A stretch of DNA of 63,395 bases, the filler included, from Choristocarpus tenellus KU-1152 (Eukaryota; Protista; Phaeophyceae), in assembly GCA_964200185.2 (NCBI GenBank). It is 12 parts of 12 records of this genome, joined end to end, with 100 filler letters (N's around TTAATTAATTAA, not from the genome) between each part and the next. Parts side by side here need not be neighbours in the genome. Positions count along the whole stretch, not along the records: positions 58,123 to 63,395 come from CAXNAD020011291.1; 11 more parts are not named here. One strand, 5' to 3'. The translations under genes and the position numbers were made by a program. This document shows positions 61,531 through 63,395 of this stretch, piece by piece; position 1 is the first letter of the stretch, and each line of letters starts with the position of its first letter. The notes under the pieces were generated by a model. That model was not told the DNA's origin. It saw only the letters and a list, made by a program, of their open reading frames with translations, and made no database searches.

Positions 61531-62619
61531 ATTACATTACGAAGGTGATGTTCCTTGCAGCTGTGACCTTCCCTAAGAAGATCTCCAACAGGGTGTGGTT
61601 TGATGGGAAAATCAGGATCTGGACAATCATGGACACTAAGGACACTCAGCACTCCAACAGACACCACCCCAAGGGCACCAAGGTACTTGTGCCTGCCATG
61701 GTGGATGGGGAGAGTTATAAGAAAAACATGATCGAGGATATCATCACGGCAATCGAGGCCCGCACGTGCCTAGACCAGAAGGATACACCATCTTCATGTA
61801 GCAGAACGGATAAAGCCAATCGAGGAGGCGGTAGGGAACGGCATTTTCACAGAGACTCATCCAGCCAACTCACCTTACCTCAAGGTCAATAAGGTAGGAT
61901 TCTTTTATTCCATCCAGCAACTGAAGGAGGGCGTACAAGTGACCAACACAGAAGGGCTGGCGGAGGCTGTTGAGAAGCTTGGCGCACGTAAGGCTCGTCG
62001 CCGGAAGCTAGCAGTTGAATTACATGGTAAAGCACACACNNNNNNNNNTATCTTATATACATGCGTACTTTGTATCATACCTAGCCAATTATAAACGTAC
62101 GTATAACCTATGTTATATACCTGTGTCAGCACAAATAACGTAAGGATAACACTAGGTTATTCGACAGAGGCCACAATAGAGTCATTATATATGTACCCCC
62201 AGGTGATACCCCCGGGAGACACTAGAGAGCATCTGGCAGGGCCTCTTCGTAATATATGTTGAGGTGCTGGGGTCCAAGGGTGACAGCGTCTTCAAAACTC
62301 CCCATCCTTACCAAAGAAAATGCTGATAAGGCGGACAAGCTCCTCCCGATTTCTACAGTGGATGTGCAGCGAAAACGTGTTGGAATGGAGGTTTGGAAGG
62401 CTACGGGGGCAGAATCATAGATATGTGTCGGCTGCCCTATTTGCTTGATATTTCGTTGGCCAACCCCTTTAGTGTCTGCACAATGCACTCGTGAAATATG
62501 AATTTGTAAAAAAAATCTTGCTTCTTCATCAGGCTGCAAAGGGTATGTTACAATTAATTCCGAACGGAGGAAGTACAATGTTATGTCTACACTGCTATGC
62601 CTCTAGTCGAGTATAAACC

Positions 62620-63363
62620 CCGCAAGGTGGGCGAGGAGCGAGGGAGACATCCCAGGAATTTGACAGACCTTCTATTGCCCATCTGTCTGGTATCTCTACC
62701 TTGAAACGCATGACGCGTCTTGGGAGAGCTACTTGTGCAGTAACAGACACTATCTGTCTTGAACAGGACTTGATAGTTCCCTTCCAACAGCATCCTCCTG
62801 CCCCTCTCCCCCTTGTTTTTTGGGTGGCTAACACATCCAACAAACGTTCTGCTTGCTTTTCAAGTCGCCTAAAACGTTCCACCGTGAGACCAATCTCGAG
62901 ATTAAAACTACAAGGGCCAAAAGATCCCTCATAGTGTGAGTGTTTGCAGCACCAGCTACACCAAACGAATGTGGGGCAGATGACAGGCTGCTAGGACTTC
63001 TGCAAAAGCAACATCCAGAAGGAGGCCTCTGTCCTGGTAGGGAGCTGAGCCAACGTCCGAGAGTGCCCCAGCATAGAACACCAAATCCATGCGGAAGTCC
63101 CGGTCCACTATGAATGGGCCAGCCTCCATAGTGCAAGGGATGCCCGTTCCCCTGCAGAGTTATCCTGGGCCTTTCACTATTGGCATGTTCTTGTGCACGC
63201 TTCCTCTCACACTAGTGCAGGTGAGGTCATGATAGGTGTCGACATTACTTTGTGCGAAGCCCCATGCATTGGTCCCTTGTCCACACTGGCTCTGGTGGCG
63301 ACATAGTGCTAGCGAAGAACTTTCCCTCCCTTGTTCCTCTGAATCGTCCGGAAGGTTGAACAG
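62620..63363 (-). mobile_element. CRE-like non-LTR retrotransposon 3' region
   Basis: ERFRRLEKQAERLLDVLAT..RQIVSVTAQVALPRRVMRF. Homologous to 43930-44697. Confidence 0.75.
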
Positions 63364-63395
63364 CGGCTCAAAGTATCTGGGGGGAGGTGGCGGCT

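Larger units (their letters stand above)
60480..62039 (+). mobile_element. Second plant-type mariner transposase pseudogene, interrupted by two MITEs
   Basis: After removing both MITEs: VHVD(fs)EKWFYIL|RDG..QNKHY|ITKVMFLAAV..WFDGKIRIW..THPANSPYLKVNKVGFFYSIQ. Confidence 0.85.

Overview
Eukaryotic, repeat-rich genomic DNA, most likely from a photosynthetic stramenopile such as a brown alga. That assignment is an inference from the long GT-AG introns, the plastid-type GPAT, intronic TTAGGG tracts and the transposon spectrum. The window is not one locus: it is 12 short contigs joined by 11 artificial 100-bp spacers (44N-TTAATTAATTAA-44N), so neighbourhood across spacers carries no information. 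Host genes, all partial and intron-containing: plastid glycerol-3-phosphate acyltransferase (3 exons), a DUF1749/UPF0613 alpha/beta-hydrolase (2 exons), one GTPase-like exon, a two-transmembrane DEG/ENaC-like protein (3 or more exons) and an unknown 4-exon gene. The remainder is transposon debris: a gag-only LTR element with a 5-bp TSD, a degenerate Ty3/Gypsy, an ~11-kb nest of one Ty1/Copia family, two plant-type mariners, CRE-like and other LINE fragments, a ~260-bp Sola2-like MITE family with 4-bp TSDs, and a 91-bp foldback. The three most interesting signals are: (1) the nested Copia LTRs carry a tRNA-like Pol III A-box/B-box/T-run module next to a CTGACG array; (2) a decayed alphaproteobacterial-like dnaE fragment sits inside a eukaryotic contig; (3) the ENaC-like channel candidate. 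All family calls rest on motif recognition by eye; no searches were run.
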